A stretch of DNA of 64,000 nucleotides from Chiloscyllium plagiosum (taxonomy: Eukaryota). Both the position numbers and the translations under genes were made by a program. A model generated the notes under the pieces. The model ran no database searches and had not been told where the DNA came from. It saw only the letters and a list, made by a program, of their open reading frames with translations. The stretch is taken from the NCBI RefSeq assembly GCF_004010195.1, contig NW_025215370.1, positions 28,948-92,947 on the forward strand. Direction: 5' to 3'. The stretch's first letter is position 1. Every line of letters begins with the position of its first letter. Shown here piece by piece: positions 24,761 through 37,189 of this stretch.

Positions 24761-25899
24761 TAATAATTAATAAAATCTTGTTACAACACCAACACACCTT
24801 CTCCCCCTCCCCCCTGCCAAAAACACTGTCCATAAACATTCACTTTCTCTTATTGCGGGGAACATTGCTACCCATGGTAAATTGCTGGAGCAGTGCTCGT
24901 CCATTCTGTTTTTGCTATGTCAACCATCACAATGATGACACCAAACAGGAGACATCACAAAGTTATTCACACAAGGGCTGCTTCCACCATCACATGTCAA
25001 TATCTCAATCTCCTGCTCCCTCATTCAAAACACTCTCGAGGCACAAGCCAAGTCTGGAGGGACACAATCCAGGATTGCACAGCTTCAACTGCACCAACAC
25101 TGTAATTACATAAAATGTCAAGCAATACAACATGAGCCCACAGCAGCACTTAGCATTGTGTAGAAGTGAGTCCACAGCACAGAAAACAAATCCTTGCTGC
25201 TCTTAGTGCACATGTTAAAGAGACAAGTCTGCTAATCTGAACAGACACCATTGAAAGTCTACAACAATGCAACCTCTCTGTAGCTGAAGAAACAGCAAAG
25301 ATTTATGTACCACGTTTCACGAGAGCAGCTTGTTTCTGTTTAGTTGCACTTCAGTCCGAAACTCCCAGTAAACTTAAGACTATACTTGTGGCTGAACTCA
25401 GCCCGATATATCCTAATCTGGAACTCTTCAATCTGCATAATCACACAGGCAATTCTTTCTTTACTTTGTAATTTCCTATCACACAACCTCAGTAATGAAT
25501 AGAGGCAGACAAATTGACTAAATAGGGCACTGATGAACAACAAATGGTTCATGAGAAAAGTTCACTTGCTTTCCAGAGGATAAGAGTTATCCTAAAGTGA
25601 GCCGCATCCTGGAATGTAATGAAGGGGTTTGGGAGGAGACGGATTCACTTATATAATGAGTGACAAGGTGGGCCAGTGATTAGCACTGCTGTCTCAGCGC
25701 CAGCAACTCAGGGTTCCAGTCCAGCCTTGGGCAACTGGAGTCTGTGTGGAATGTGTCAGCTGCTCGAGGTATTTGGGAATAACTGGAAGCAAGCTCGGAC
25801 TGATGGCCGTCATCAAGGCTTGGTGACACAAACAGCCCAATAAGACGACAGACATGCGTTTCAATAGCACCTTTCCGGACCATTGGACAGCCCAAAACC

Positions 25900-26290
25900 C
25901 TTCACAGCCAGGCAAACATGTTTAGTCACTGTTGCAATGTAGAAACAGTGTTCGATTTGTACACAGCAGGCTCCCACAATCAGCAGCAAGTAAATGACAA
26001 GGGGAATCTGTCTGTGACGTTGATTTACGTAAACATTACAGCGCAGTACAGGCCTTCAGCCCTCGATGTTGCACCAACCTGCGATACCAATCTGAAGCCC
26101 ATCTAACCTACACTACTCCATTACCATCCATGTGTGTATCCAATGACTATTTAAACGCCCTTAAAGTTGGTGAGCCTATTACTGTTGCAGGCAGGGAGTT
26201 CCACTCCCTGTTACAGGTAAATACTGTCCAGGACTCCAGGGACGACTCTTCAAAATCGTGTCATGGGATCTTTTATCGCACATATGCAAA
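25900..26290 (-). mobile_element. DeuSINE (SacSINE1-like) 3' part interrupted by a CR1 3' tail (~26030-26210)
   Basis: gtcactgttgcaatgtag...cacagcaggctcccacaa and catgggatctttta resemble the DeuSINE minus strand; the insert shares sequence with the CR1 tail at 62730-62910. Confidence 0.55.
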
Positions 26291-27386
26291 CTCCCGGAAC
26301 AAATCCATCACCTCATTTGCTGAGTTTAAAGCAAAAGGTGCACCACTAAGTCTGTAGAGGGGATCCTCCTTGGTAATGGGCAGCACTTTTTGTGTCCCTT
26401 AACAAGTGCAGAAGGGGTTCAGACTGAAACCCCAGCAGTGGAGGCTGGTTGTCAGAAGGAACTTTGAGAGATGTTGTGCGTTTTCCATTCCATCATTCAA
26501 AAGAATGCACCCTATAAGGAGTAAAATGGAAGTTGGTTTAAGCAGGTCATGCAGGAGGTGGTAAATGAGGTGCTAGTTCGACCCCAGCAGCACTCACCCT
26601 GGAAACTCACCAGTGTGCTTGCAGATCACTCAATTTCATCAGAATGCTCCAAGCCTAACAGCCAAAACCTTGACAGATATTTATACAATGGCTACTCAAA
26701 AAAAAATACACATTACCCTCAGGACATGAAGGTAATGTTCTGGAGAACATCATTTGGAGCATCTAGTTGCTTTTCTTCACTCTGCATACTAGTAGCGCCG
26801 GTGGGATGTGAGACCAGGGTGGTGTACTTTTGCCCACACAAGATGTCAGGGCAGCTTGGGATACCGCCTTGCCAAGACAACAGATTTTCCAGAGTATGGT
26901 AGACAAAGTAGGAGTAAAGGTAGGGACCTGGTGTAATATTAAAGAATTAACTTGCTCTGTTGACATGCAGGAAATTGATGTCCTGAGGCTAGGGTAGCAA
27001 GCCTCTGACTTACAGATAGATTGTAAGAAATTTACATTATTATCTCCTATTATTCAGAGCCATTTGCATGGCCATTTCCATGCATAGCCAAAACATTGAT
27101 TCTCCTGCTCCTCGAATGCTGGCTGACTTGCTGCGCTTTTCCAGCACCACACTGTCAACTCTGATCTTCATCATCTGCAGTCCTCACTTTCTCCTGGCCA
27201 TTTCCTTGCCATTCAGAGCAATTTACATTGTCATCTCCTACAATTTACACTTTCATGCCCTATTCAGAAATCAATAAGAACATTATAGTTGGAATTCTGA
27301 CTACTCTCTGTCGTTAAAAAAAAAAATACAATTCACATCAGATCTGGCCATTAAGGGAGGATTTGCATTACATTGATCTGGAGATG

Positions 27387-27653
27387 ATGTGGTCACCGCA
27401 TTGTGTCTTGAGTAGCAAGTGACTTTGGGGGAGGGAGTGGCTGGGGGTTGTCATGTGGACATTACTGACTGTGATGTAAAGATTTTGTATAAAGGAAGAG
27501 CTGTTTCCTTTGTTCAGAGAGCTTCCCTGGACACGCTTTGCAAGCATGGCGAGGAGTGTTCAGGGTTTCTCCAAAGTTTGTATTGTACTGCATTTGCGTA
27601 ACAAAATGTGGTTGTCGTTCAAGACAGCTTTGACATGACTCTGCCAGCCCTAC
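27387..27653 (+). mobile_element. Possible solo LTR
   Basis: Flanked by direct repeat GAGATG (27381-27386, 27654-27659); TGTGG...CCTAC termini; internal TATA-like tgtataaagg and a degenerate polyA signal. Confidence 0.4.
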
Positions 27654-28001
27654 GAGATGTGCGTTAAAAGTTCCTCCAGAAAGTTTGTACTGTACTGTAC
27701 TTAGGTTTTAATTGTTCAGAGGTTAGTGTGTTGCAGTTGCATCAAGTGTGTAAGGAGCTCAGAAAAAAAAGAACTGAACAATGGAACAGAGATAGAGACC
27801 AGCTATGACCTGTCAGAACGATGGACCAGCCACAAGTATGGAAGGACAATAGGCGACTGGTGAGTTCTGAGCCAGGAAATGGGTGCAAAATGAGATCATC
27901 ACCAATGGCAGTAATGAGTAAAACAATGGAGGCGGCTCCAGCCTGAGAGTAATGAACTTCCGAGGGAGATGCTGTCCTAGTGGTAATGTCAATGAACTGG
28001 T

Positions 28002-28501
28002 NNNNNNNNNNNNNNNNNNNNNNNNNNNNNNNNNNNNNNNNNNNNNNNNNNNNNNNNNNNNNNNNNNNNNNNNNNNNNNNNNNNNNNNNNNNNNNNNNNN
28101 NNNNNNNNNNNNNNNNNNNNNNNNNNNNNNNNNNNNNNNNNNNNNNNNNNNNNNNNNNNNNNNNNNNNNNNNNNNNNNNNNNNNNNNNNNNNNNNNNNNN
28201 NNNNNNNNNNNNNNNNNNNNNNNNNNNNNNNNNNNNNNNNNNNNNNNNNNNNNNNNNNNNNNNNNNNNNNNNNNNNNNNNNNNNNNNNNNNNNNNNNNNN
28301 NNNNNNNNNNNNNNNNNNNNNNNNNNNNNNNNNNNNNNNNNNNNNNNNNNNNNNNNNNNNNNNNNNNNNNNNNNNNNNNNNNNNNNNNNNNNNNNNNNNN
28401 NNNNNNNNNNNNNNNNNNNNNNNNNNNNNNNNNNNNNNNNNNNNNNNNNNNNNNNNNNNNNNNNNNNNNNNNNNNNNNNNNNNNNNNNNNNNNNNNNNNN
28501 N
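28002..28501. other. Assembly gap of exactly 500 N (likely a scaffolding placeholder)
   Basis: Round-number N run. Other gaps at 13740-13898, 48681-49573, 55069-55477 and 59867-60037. Confidence 0.9.
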
Positions 28502-28764
28502 AGTCAGAAGCATACACAGAGGATATTCGGTCTACCTGAAGTGATGAGAGTCAATAGTGGCCTAGTCACCTGGGCCTTCCAATCCAATCCCTTCAGCTGC
28601 CACCCAACAGGAGACCACTGCCAAAGGATGAATGAAATAAGGCAGCTGATTTCAGCACAGTAAGATCCCACACTCCAACAGGTGGCGAATGGATGCATCA
28701 ATTCCATGCAGCTCAGCTGATATGGCACCGGGATTGACCTTTTGTCCTGAAAGATAGCACCTCT

Positions 28765-30395
28765 GGCTCCCTCAGCGCTGACCCTCCGACAGTGCCCACT
28801 CCCTCAGCGCTGATCCCCTCCGACAGCCCCCGCTCCCTCAGCGCTGACCCTCAGACAGCGGCCGCTCCATCGGTGCTGACCCTCCCACAGCACCCGCTCC
28901 CTCAGCTCTGACCCTCCGACAGTGCCCACTCCCTCAGCACTGACCCTCCGACAGTGCCCACCCCCTCAGCACTGACCCTCCGACAGTAGCCCCTCCCTCA
29001 GTGCTGACCCTCCCACAGCACCCGCTCCCTCAGCGCTGACCCTCCCACAGCGCCCGCTTCCTCAGCGCTGACCCTCCCACAGCGCCCGCTTCCTCAGTGC
29101 TGACCCTCCGACAGCGCCCGCTCCCTCAGCGCTGACCCTCCGACAGCGCCCGCTCCCTCAGCGCTGACCCTCCCACAGCGCCCGCTTCCTCAGTGCTGAC
29201 CCTCCGACAGCGCCCGCTCCCTCAGCGCTGACCCTCCGACAGCGCCCGCTCCCACGGCGCTGACCCTCTAACAGCGCCCGCTCCCACAGCGCTGACCCTC
29301 CGACAGTGCCCGCTCCCTCAGCGCTGACCCTCAGACAGTGGCCGCTCCATCGGTGCTGACCCTCCCACAGCACTCGCTCACTCAGCTCTGACCCTCCGAC
29401 AGTGCCCACTCCCTCAGCACTGACCCTCTGACAGTAGCCCCTCCCTCAGTGCTGAACCTCCCACAGCACCCGCTCCCTCAGCGCTGACCCTCTGACAGCG
29501 CCCGCTCCCTCAGCGCTGACCCTCCGACAGTGCCCGCTCCCACGGCGCTGACCCTCTGGCAGTGCCCGCTCCCTCAGCGCTGACCCTCCGACAGTGCCCG
29601 CTCCCTCAGCGCTGACCCTCAGACAGTGGCCGCTCCATCGGTGCTGACCCTCCCACAGCACTCGCTCACTCAGCTCTGACCCTCCAACAGTGCCCACTCC
29701 CTCAGTGCTGACCCTCCCACAGCACCCGCTCCCTCAGCGCTGATCCCCTCCAACAGCCCCCGCTCCCTCAGCGCTGACCCTCCGACAGTGCCCGCTCCCT
29801 CAGCGCTGACCCTCAGACAGCGGCCGCTCCATCGGTGCTGACCCTCCCACAGCACCCGCTCCCTCGGCTCTGACCCTCCGACAGTGCCCACTCCCTCAGC
29901 GCTGACCCTCTGACAGTGCCCGCTCCCACGGCGCTGACCCTCTGACAGCGCCCGCTCCCTCAGCGCTGACCCTCTGACAGTGCCCGCTCCCTCAGCGCTG
30001 ACCCTCAGACAGTGGCCGCTCCATCGGTGCTGACCCTCCCACAGCACCCGCTCACTCAGCTCTGACCCTCCGACAGTGCCCACTCCCTCAGCACTGACCC
30101 TCTGACAGTAGCCCCTCCCTCAGCACTGACTCTCCGACAGTAGCCCCTCCCTCAGTGCTGAACCTCCCACAGCACCCGCTCCCTCAGCGCTGACCCTCCG
30201 ACAGCGCCCGCTCCCTCAGCGCTGCCGACAGTAGCCCCTCCCTCAGCACTGACCCTCCGACAGCGCCCACTCCCTCAGCACTGACCCTCCGACAGTAGAC
30301 CCTCCCTCAGCACTGACTCTCCGACAGTAGCCCCTCCCTCAGCACTGACCTTCCGACAGCGCCTACTCCCTCAGCACTGACCTTCTGACAGTGAG
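28765..30395. repeat. 32-bp satellite (ccctcagcactgaccctccgacagtgcccact), ~50 copies, with higher-order structure
   Basis: Period 32 (28769, 28801...); diagnostic variant gccgctccatcggtgctg recurs near 28861, 29341, 29630, 29823 and 30015. Confidence 0.95.
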
Positions 30396-31159
30396 ACTGA
30401 GGGGCATGGGGGGGGTTCCATGCTGAGGGAGATGCTGTATCTGCCCTCTGGGAGTGGGTGTAAGTCCCCCAGGCGAGAGATGGCCATGGGGTTGGTGGGG
30501 GCACACCCGCTAAATCCCAGGCCCCGTGTTTGTCCCTCAACCACTTTCCACAGCTGATGTGGCTCGGCTTGGCACCCCTGGGATCTTGCTGTGCTTTGCC
30601 CGTCTCTCAGAGTCCCTAATCTCGAGCAGGGTGGTGCAGAGGGTCAATCCCTCAACATTATCATCATCGGGGTTGTGGGATGTGTCCAGGTGCTAGTGGA
30701 ATGCTATCGCTCGTGGCCTCCTGGAACAGGGAGAAAGCGGAGGGAACTTTTTGCATTGATGTGTGTTGTCCTGTGTGAGTGAACTTGGCACAGTGAGAAC
30801 TGTTGGCCATTTTCCAAATATTCTTTGACGATAGGTCGAGGGGCCTGTTTATTGTGAGGGCCGAAAACCAAATATAAACACGGCTTCCTTACGATGATGG
30901 TTGCGGCCTAACTCAGGAAATGCTGTTTGAAGCCCTTTTGACCTCCATGTTTTAAGCTGTTTCCAGTCCCCCTCTTCCCCGCTACACGCCGCTCCCAGGT
31001 CACACCACCAGAGAGAAGCTCCTTTATATTTTTAATCCATCATTGTTGAGCCCCTAGTTTCCTCAGTCTCCTGCTCCCCCTGTCCAACAAATCACCATGG
31101 AAACCGGGCCTAACCACGCCTGTGTGTCAATCTCAGAGTGCTGCACTGTTGGTGAAGCA

Positions 31160-31480
31160 GCATTGAGGGAGCGGGCGCCGTGGGAGAGCCAGTGCTGAGG
31201 GAGTGGGCACTGTCCGAGGGTCAGTGCTGAGGGAACGGGCACTGTCAGAGGGTCAGTGCTGAGGGAGTAGGCACTGTCGGAGGGTCAGTGCTGAGGGAAC
31301 GGGCACTGTCCGAGGGTCAGTGCTGAGGGAGTGGGTGCTGTCGGAGGGTCAGTGCTGAGGGAGCGGGTGCTGTCAGAGGGTCAGTGCTGAGGGAGTGGGT
31401 GCTGTGGGAGGGTCAGTGCTGAGGGAGCGGGTGCTGTGGGAGGGTCAGTGCTGAGGGAGCGGGCACTGTCAGAGGTTCAG
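31160..31480. repeat. 32-bp satellite, inverted orientation (~10 copies)
   Basis: gagggtcagtgctgagggagtgggcactgtc units. Confidence 0.95.
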
Positions 31481-31929
31481 CACTATCATTCAGAAACAGA
31501 AGTTAAACCCAATCTTCCACCTCGTGTGATAAAGCTCCCACTGGATCCCTATTGAGTTTTGTGATTTATTCATGGGATCTCGAAGACCTCCATGTGTCAA
31601 CCCCAATCTGTAATTACTTCTTCCACCAAGTGTCTTGTTCAGTGTCGACTCCATCGCTGTGTGTAGGGTCTGCAGTCAGCTGTAGGCCCAGCCTGGTTAA
31701 GGATGCCCCCATTGGTTACCTCCACAATGGTGGTTTTTACCACAATCGATGACACCATCCTTCGGACAAACTCCCATATCCGGATTGAATTCATCGAATT
31801 TAAATTCTACCCGTATTGGGATTTGAACCCACATTCTGTCGACCTTTGACCTCAGTGATATTCCCAGAAGCCCAAACATGTCCACCCACAAATTGAAACA
31901 AGATGGGGGCCCACATTGCGCAGAGCAAT

Positions 31930-32220
31930 ACAGCACAGGAATAAGCCCTTTGGCCTACTGAGCGTGGGCCAGCCTTTCTAAACCAGAAACCTTTTTACCT
32001 CTCAGCTGACCGTATCCCTCTATTCCCTGCCGCTTCGCGTACCTGCCAAGATGCCGAGGAAAGGTTGCCATCGTATCTGCCTGTGCCACCTCCTCTGGCA
32101 GCGCTTGCCGGCACTCACCACCTCTGGGTTAAGAAACAACTCACTCCTTTCACATCTCCTCCAAACAGTTCCCTGTTTTACCTTGAAGTTATGTCCCCTA
32201 GTCATTGACATTTCTACCAT
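31930..32220 (-). mobile_element. CR1 3' end fragment
   Basis: Minus VEMSMTRGHNFKV motif plus tail. Confidence 0.75.
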
Positions 32221-32611
32221 GGGGGAATAAGGACTCTGAGTCTTGACCTCAGCATTGCCCCACTCCCATCACCTTGCAAACCCCGCCCCCCCCCCCAGCT
32301 GTCACCCCTTTTGGCACCAGCGGGTGTCCCCTCAGGGAGCACTGTCACTCTTTCCTGGCTAGGCTGGATGTCAATTGTTGATGCTTGACTGAGGAGCATG
32401 AGGAAGGCTTAGGGGTGGGGGTGGGAGGTAGGAGGGGACTCGGAGACACGGAAACTCCAGCTGCTTCCCTCTTGAGCAGCTGCACTCGCCTCTACTCCGT
32501 GGCCTCTTCCTGTGCACATGGTGGCCAACGCAATCAACACCTGCGACTCTCCCCTGTCCTCCCCTCCCAGGGAACTGAGGCAGAAAATAGCACTCATTCC
32601 CGAATCACAGC

Positions 32612-34050
32612 GCCAGCTCCCTCAGCGCTGACCATCCAACGGTACCCATGCCCTCAGCGCTGACCCTGACAGTGTCCACTCCCTTCGCACTGACCCTCTG
32701 ACAGTGCCTGCTCCCTCAGCACTGACCCTCCAACAGCGCCCCCTCCCTCAGCGCTGACCCTCCAACAGTGCCCACTCCCTCAGCGCTGACCCTCTCACAG
32801 CGCATGCTCCCTCAGCACTGACCCTCCGACAGTGCCCGCTCCCTCAGCACTGACCCTCTGACAGTGCCTGCTCCATCAGCACTGACCCTCCAACAGCACC
32901 CACTCCCTTGGCACTGACCCTCTAACAGTGCCCACTCCCTCAGTGCTGACCCTCTCACAGTGTATGCTCCCTCAGCACTGACCCTCCGACAGTGCCTGCT
33001 CCGTCAGCACTGACTCTATATAGCACCATGTCCCTCAGCGCTGACCCTCTGACAGTGCTACTCCCTCAGCACTGACCCACTGAAAGTGCCTGCTCCCTCA
33101 GCACTAACCCTCCGACAGTGCCCACACCCTCAACACTGACCCTCTTACAATGCCCACTTCCTCAGTGCTGACCCTCTGACAGCACCCACTCCCTTGGCAC
33201 TGACCCTCCAACAGTACCCACTCCCTCAGGAATGACCCTCCGACAGTACCCACTCCGTCAGGACTGAACCTCCTATAGTGCCCACTCCCTCAGCGCTGAC
33301 TCTCCAACTGTGCCCAATTCCTCAGTGCTGACCCTCCGACAGTGCCCACCCCTTCAGCACTGACCCTCCTATAGTGCCCACTCCCTCAGCACTGACTCTC
33401 TGACAGTGCCCAATTCCTCAGTGCTGACCCTCCGACAGTGCCCATTCCATCAGGACTGACCTGCCGACAGCACCCGCTCCCTCAGGACTGACCCTCTTAC
33501 AGTGCGCACTCCCTCAGTGCTGACTCTCCAACAGCGCCCGCTCCCTCAGTGCTGACCCTCCAACAGTGCCTGCTCCCTCAGCACTGACCCTCTTACAGCA
33601 CCTGCTTCCTCAGGACCGACCCTCTGACAGTGCCCGCTCAATCAGCGCTGTTCCTATGAGTGCCCACTCCCTCAGCGCTGACCATCTGACTGCGTCCACT
33701 CCCTTTGCATTGACCCTCCAACAGTACCCACTCCCTCAGAAATGACCCTCTGACAGTGCCTGCTCCCTCAGTGCTGACTCTCCAACAGTGCCCGCTCCCT
33801 CAGCCCTGACCCTCTTACAGTGATCACTTCCTCAGCACCAACCCTCTGACAGTACCCACTCCCTCAGCGCTGACCCTCTCACAGTGCATGCTCCATCAGC
33901 ACTGACTCTCCGACAGGGCTTGCTCCCTCAGCACTAACCCTCCGACAGTGCCCACTCCTTCAGCACTGACCCTCCTATAGTGCCCACTCCCTCAGCGCTG
34001 ACCCTCCGACAGCACCTGCTCCCTTGGTACTGACCCTCCGACAGCGCCCA
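32612..34050. repeat. 32-bp satellite (~44 copies, more diverged)
   Basis: Same unit as the 28765 array. Confidence 0.95.
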
Positions 34051-34432
34051 CTACAGCTTTCATCCAGGAAATGTCAATTCAGGGGCCACGTGCACAGCTG
34101 ATCCCACACAGGTATCCCTCCCCTCCCCTCAGTTTCCCAAGGTGTCCTCACTGCTAACATCACTCCTTCCTGGAGTGTGTGTGGGGGGGGGGAAGGGGGG
34201 TGCTGAGTGGGGCCTAAACAAATCACATCTTCCTCAACGATTCAGCAGCCCCATGGCCGTTCCCCACAAGAACACTAGACAGATGTCTCCCATCAAGGAA
34301 TAGAGGAGGGTTTCATAGGGAGGCTGGAGAGGGAGCTTTACTCTGCATCTAATTGTCCCTGTCCTAGGAGTGTCTGAAGCAGATGCTGTAGAGGGAGCTT
34401 TACTCTGTATCTAATTGTCCCTCCTGGGAGTG

Positions 34433-34730
34433 TCACAGTGCCAGGGACTCGGGTACGATTCCCACCTCGGTTGCCTGCCTACATAGAGTTTGCACATTCT
34501 CCCCATGTCTGCGTGGGTTTCCTCTGGGTGCTCCGGTTTCCTCCCACAATCCAAGATGTGCAGGGTTAGGGTGGATTGGCCACGTTAAATTGCCCATAGT
34601 GATAGGTGCATTAGTCAGAGGTAAATGTAGGGGATTGGGTCTGGGTGGATTACTCTTCGGAGGTTCGGTGTGGACTTGTTGGGCCGAAGGGCCTCTTTCC
34701 ATACTGTAGGGCACCTAATCTAATCTAATC
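34433..34730 (+). mobile_element. HE1-type V-SINE (5' truncated) adjacent to 66-bp satellite units
   Basis: gagtttgcacattctcccc...gggtgctccggtttcctcccac...gatgtgcagg...ctaatctaatctaatc tail. Confidence 0.85.
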
Positions 34731-34912
34731 CCCTCATTTATCTAACACGTCCTCAAACTCCTCTCATTTAGCCAAGACTTCCTTAATCCTCTCATTTTAC
34801 TAAAATCCTTCAATCCCTCAAAAACTCAAGACTCCCTTAATGCCCTCTCTAACTTGAAACTCCCTCAAACCCCTCACTCAGTCAAGACTTCCTCTGTCCC
34901 CTTACAATCTCA

Positions 34913-36462
34913 AGGCAAGGACTGATTAGGGATAGTCAACTATGGGCTTTGTGCATGGGAAATCATGTTTCATGAACTTGATTGATTTTTCTGAAGAAGG
35001 ATTGATGATGGCAGAGCGGTAGATGTGATCTACATAGACTTCAGTAAGGCTTTCGACAAGGTTCCCCATGGGAGACTGATTAGCAAGGTTAGATCTCATG
35101 GAATACAGGGAGAACTAGCCATTTGGATACAGAACTGGCTCAAAGGTAGAAGACAGAGGGTGGTACATGTATGGAATGAGCTGCCAGAGGAAGTGGTGGA
35201 GGCTGGTACAATTACTGGAGGCCTGTGACCAGCGGTGTGCCACAAGGATCGGTGCTGAGTCCACTACTTTTTGTCATTTATAAGTCAGTTCTGCTATCAC
35301 ACGTGCTATTCTCATTTCCATTCTTGTGCTAGCCCACGTCACGAGAAAACTGTGTAATAGCAGCACCATTTGAACTAACGGGGTCAGAATTGCGTTTAAT
35401 TAAAACACACTTAAAAAGTTCACATAATCGAAACGCTGTCCCCCAATTTTTTAATCGCGCTAAAGCAAGATCGCATCAATGAAATGTGTGTTATAGCAGA
35501 ACGACCTGCATAAAAGATTTGGATGCGAACATAGGAGGTATAGTTAGTAAGTTTGCAGATGACACCAAAATTGGAGGTGTAGTGGACAGCGAAGAAGCTT
35601 ACCTCAGAGTACAACGGCAACTTGATCAGATGGGCCAATGGGCTGAGGAATGGCAGATGGAGGTTAATTTAGATAAATGTGAGGTACTCCATTTTGGAAA
35701 GACAAATCAGAGCAGGACTTATACACTTAATGGTAAGGTCCTGGGGAGTGTTGCTGAACAAAGAGACCTTAGAGTGCAGGTTCATAGCTCCTTGAAAGTA
35801 GAGTCGCAGGTCGATAGGATAGTGAAGAAGGCGTTTGGTATGCTTTCCTTTATTGGTCAGAGCAATGAGTACAGGAGTTGGGAGGTCATGTTGCGGCTGT
35901 ACAGGACATTGGTTAGGCCACTTTCGGAATATTGCATGCAAATCTTGTCTCTGTCCTATCGGAAGGATGTTGTGAAACTTGAAAGGGTTCAGAAAAGATT
36001 TACAAGGATGTTGCTGGGGTTGGAGAGTTTGAGCTACAGGGAGAAGTTGAATAGGCTGGGGCTGTTTTCCCTGGAGTGTCGGAGGCTGAGGGGTGACCTT
36101 ACAGAGGTTTATAAAATCATGAGGATCATGGGTAGGATAAACAGACAAGGTCTTTTCCCTGGGGTGGGGGAGTCCTGAACGAGCAGGGCATAGGTTTAAG
36201 GTGAGGGCAGAAAGATTTAAAAGGGACCTGAGGGGCAACTTCACACAGAAGGTGGTACATGTATGGAATGAGCTGCCAGAGGAAGTGGTGGAGGCTGGTA
36301 CAATGACAACATTTAAAAGGCATTTGGATGGGGGCGTGAATAGGAAGGGTTTGGAGGGATATGGGCCAAGTGCTGGCAAATGGGACCAGATTAGGTTGGG
36401 ATATCTGGTCGGCATGGACGATTTGGACCGAAGGGTCTGTTTCTCATGCTGTACATCTCTAA
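34913..36462 (+). mobile_element. 5'-truncated CR1/HER1 LINE (RT domain to 3' UTR), relatively young, carrying a MITE insertion
   Basis: IYIDFSKAFDKVPHGRL, GVPQGSVL, SKFADDTKIGG, LYRTLVRP, RRLRGDL and WNELPEEVVEAG motifs. Confidence 0.95.
35283..35508. mobile_element. Second copy of the Tigger-like MITE, inside the CR1 RT
   Basis: ta|aagtcagttctgctatcacac...gtgttatagcagaacgacctg|ca; same TIRs as the 5451 element; splits CR1 FVIY|IKDLD. Confidence 0.75.
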
Positions 36463-36810
36463 GACTCCCTCAATCTACTCATGAACTGGAGTCTCCCTCC
36501 GTACCTCACTATCCCAAACACCCTCAGTCCCTCACTCATTGAAGGATGTGGACCCTCTTGGGAGGGGTCTGTGTGTCACGGATTGAGAGTCGCTCTCATA
36601 CATGCCCCAGGATCAGTTTGAATCAAAAACTCAACAAATGGCAATCCTTTCATCCTCGGGAAATTCCTTAACCCTCCGGAGATCCCTCAATCCTCAGAGG
36701 ATCCATTTGAAGAATCACTTGGAATGTGACTCATTTCCCCGGCGAGTCTCAGATTGGAATTCATTGCCCAAACAGGAAGGATCGAGAGTCTACATGTTAC
36801 TTAGTGTAAA

Positions 36811-37015
36811 AACACACACACACTCAAATACACAAATATACACACACTCAAATACATAGATATACACACACGCACTCAAATACACAGATATACACACACA
36901 CTCAAATACATAGATATACACACACACTCAAATACACAGATATATATACACACACACTCAAATACACATATATACACATACTTACACATTCAAACACACA
37001 CACACACACACACAC
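36811..37015. repeat. CA/TA-rich minisatellite (cacacactcaaatacacagatata units)
   Basis: Directly visible. Confidence 0.9.
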
Positions 37016-37189
37016 CTATTGGGGCAGAGAGTGGGACAGCAATGGACCTGACTGGGTGGCTGTGTGGACAGAGGCAGAACACAGCCTCTGCATTGAATGG
37101 CCATCTGTTGTGCAGTCTGTAGTTGGGTAGGGGGAGATGGGAAGCTGTCGAGCTGAGGTGATGATTCATTGCCATATGCAGGCTAAGAG

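Noticed and set aside
27813..28663. Long ORFs spanning N runs (also 48585-49643, 54809-55582, 59632-60448)
   Set aside because: Artefacts of translating assembly gaps.
30500..30960. Minus-strand exon-like signals (acceptor ttccag near 30721, donor gtaagg near 30890) as a possible UBQLN4 exon 1 or new gene
   Set aside because: Stops in all three frames soon after the acceptor and no ubiquilin N-terminal motif; a lncRNA cannot be excluded but is unsupported.
32385..32663. Short ORFs in unique sequence between satellites
   Set aside because: No recognisable domain or consistent splice frame.
35486..36542. 230-aa and 113-aa ORFs as host genes
   Set aside because: CR1 ORF2 C-terminus of a 5'-truncated, interrupted LINE.
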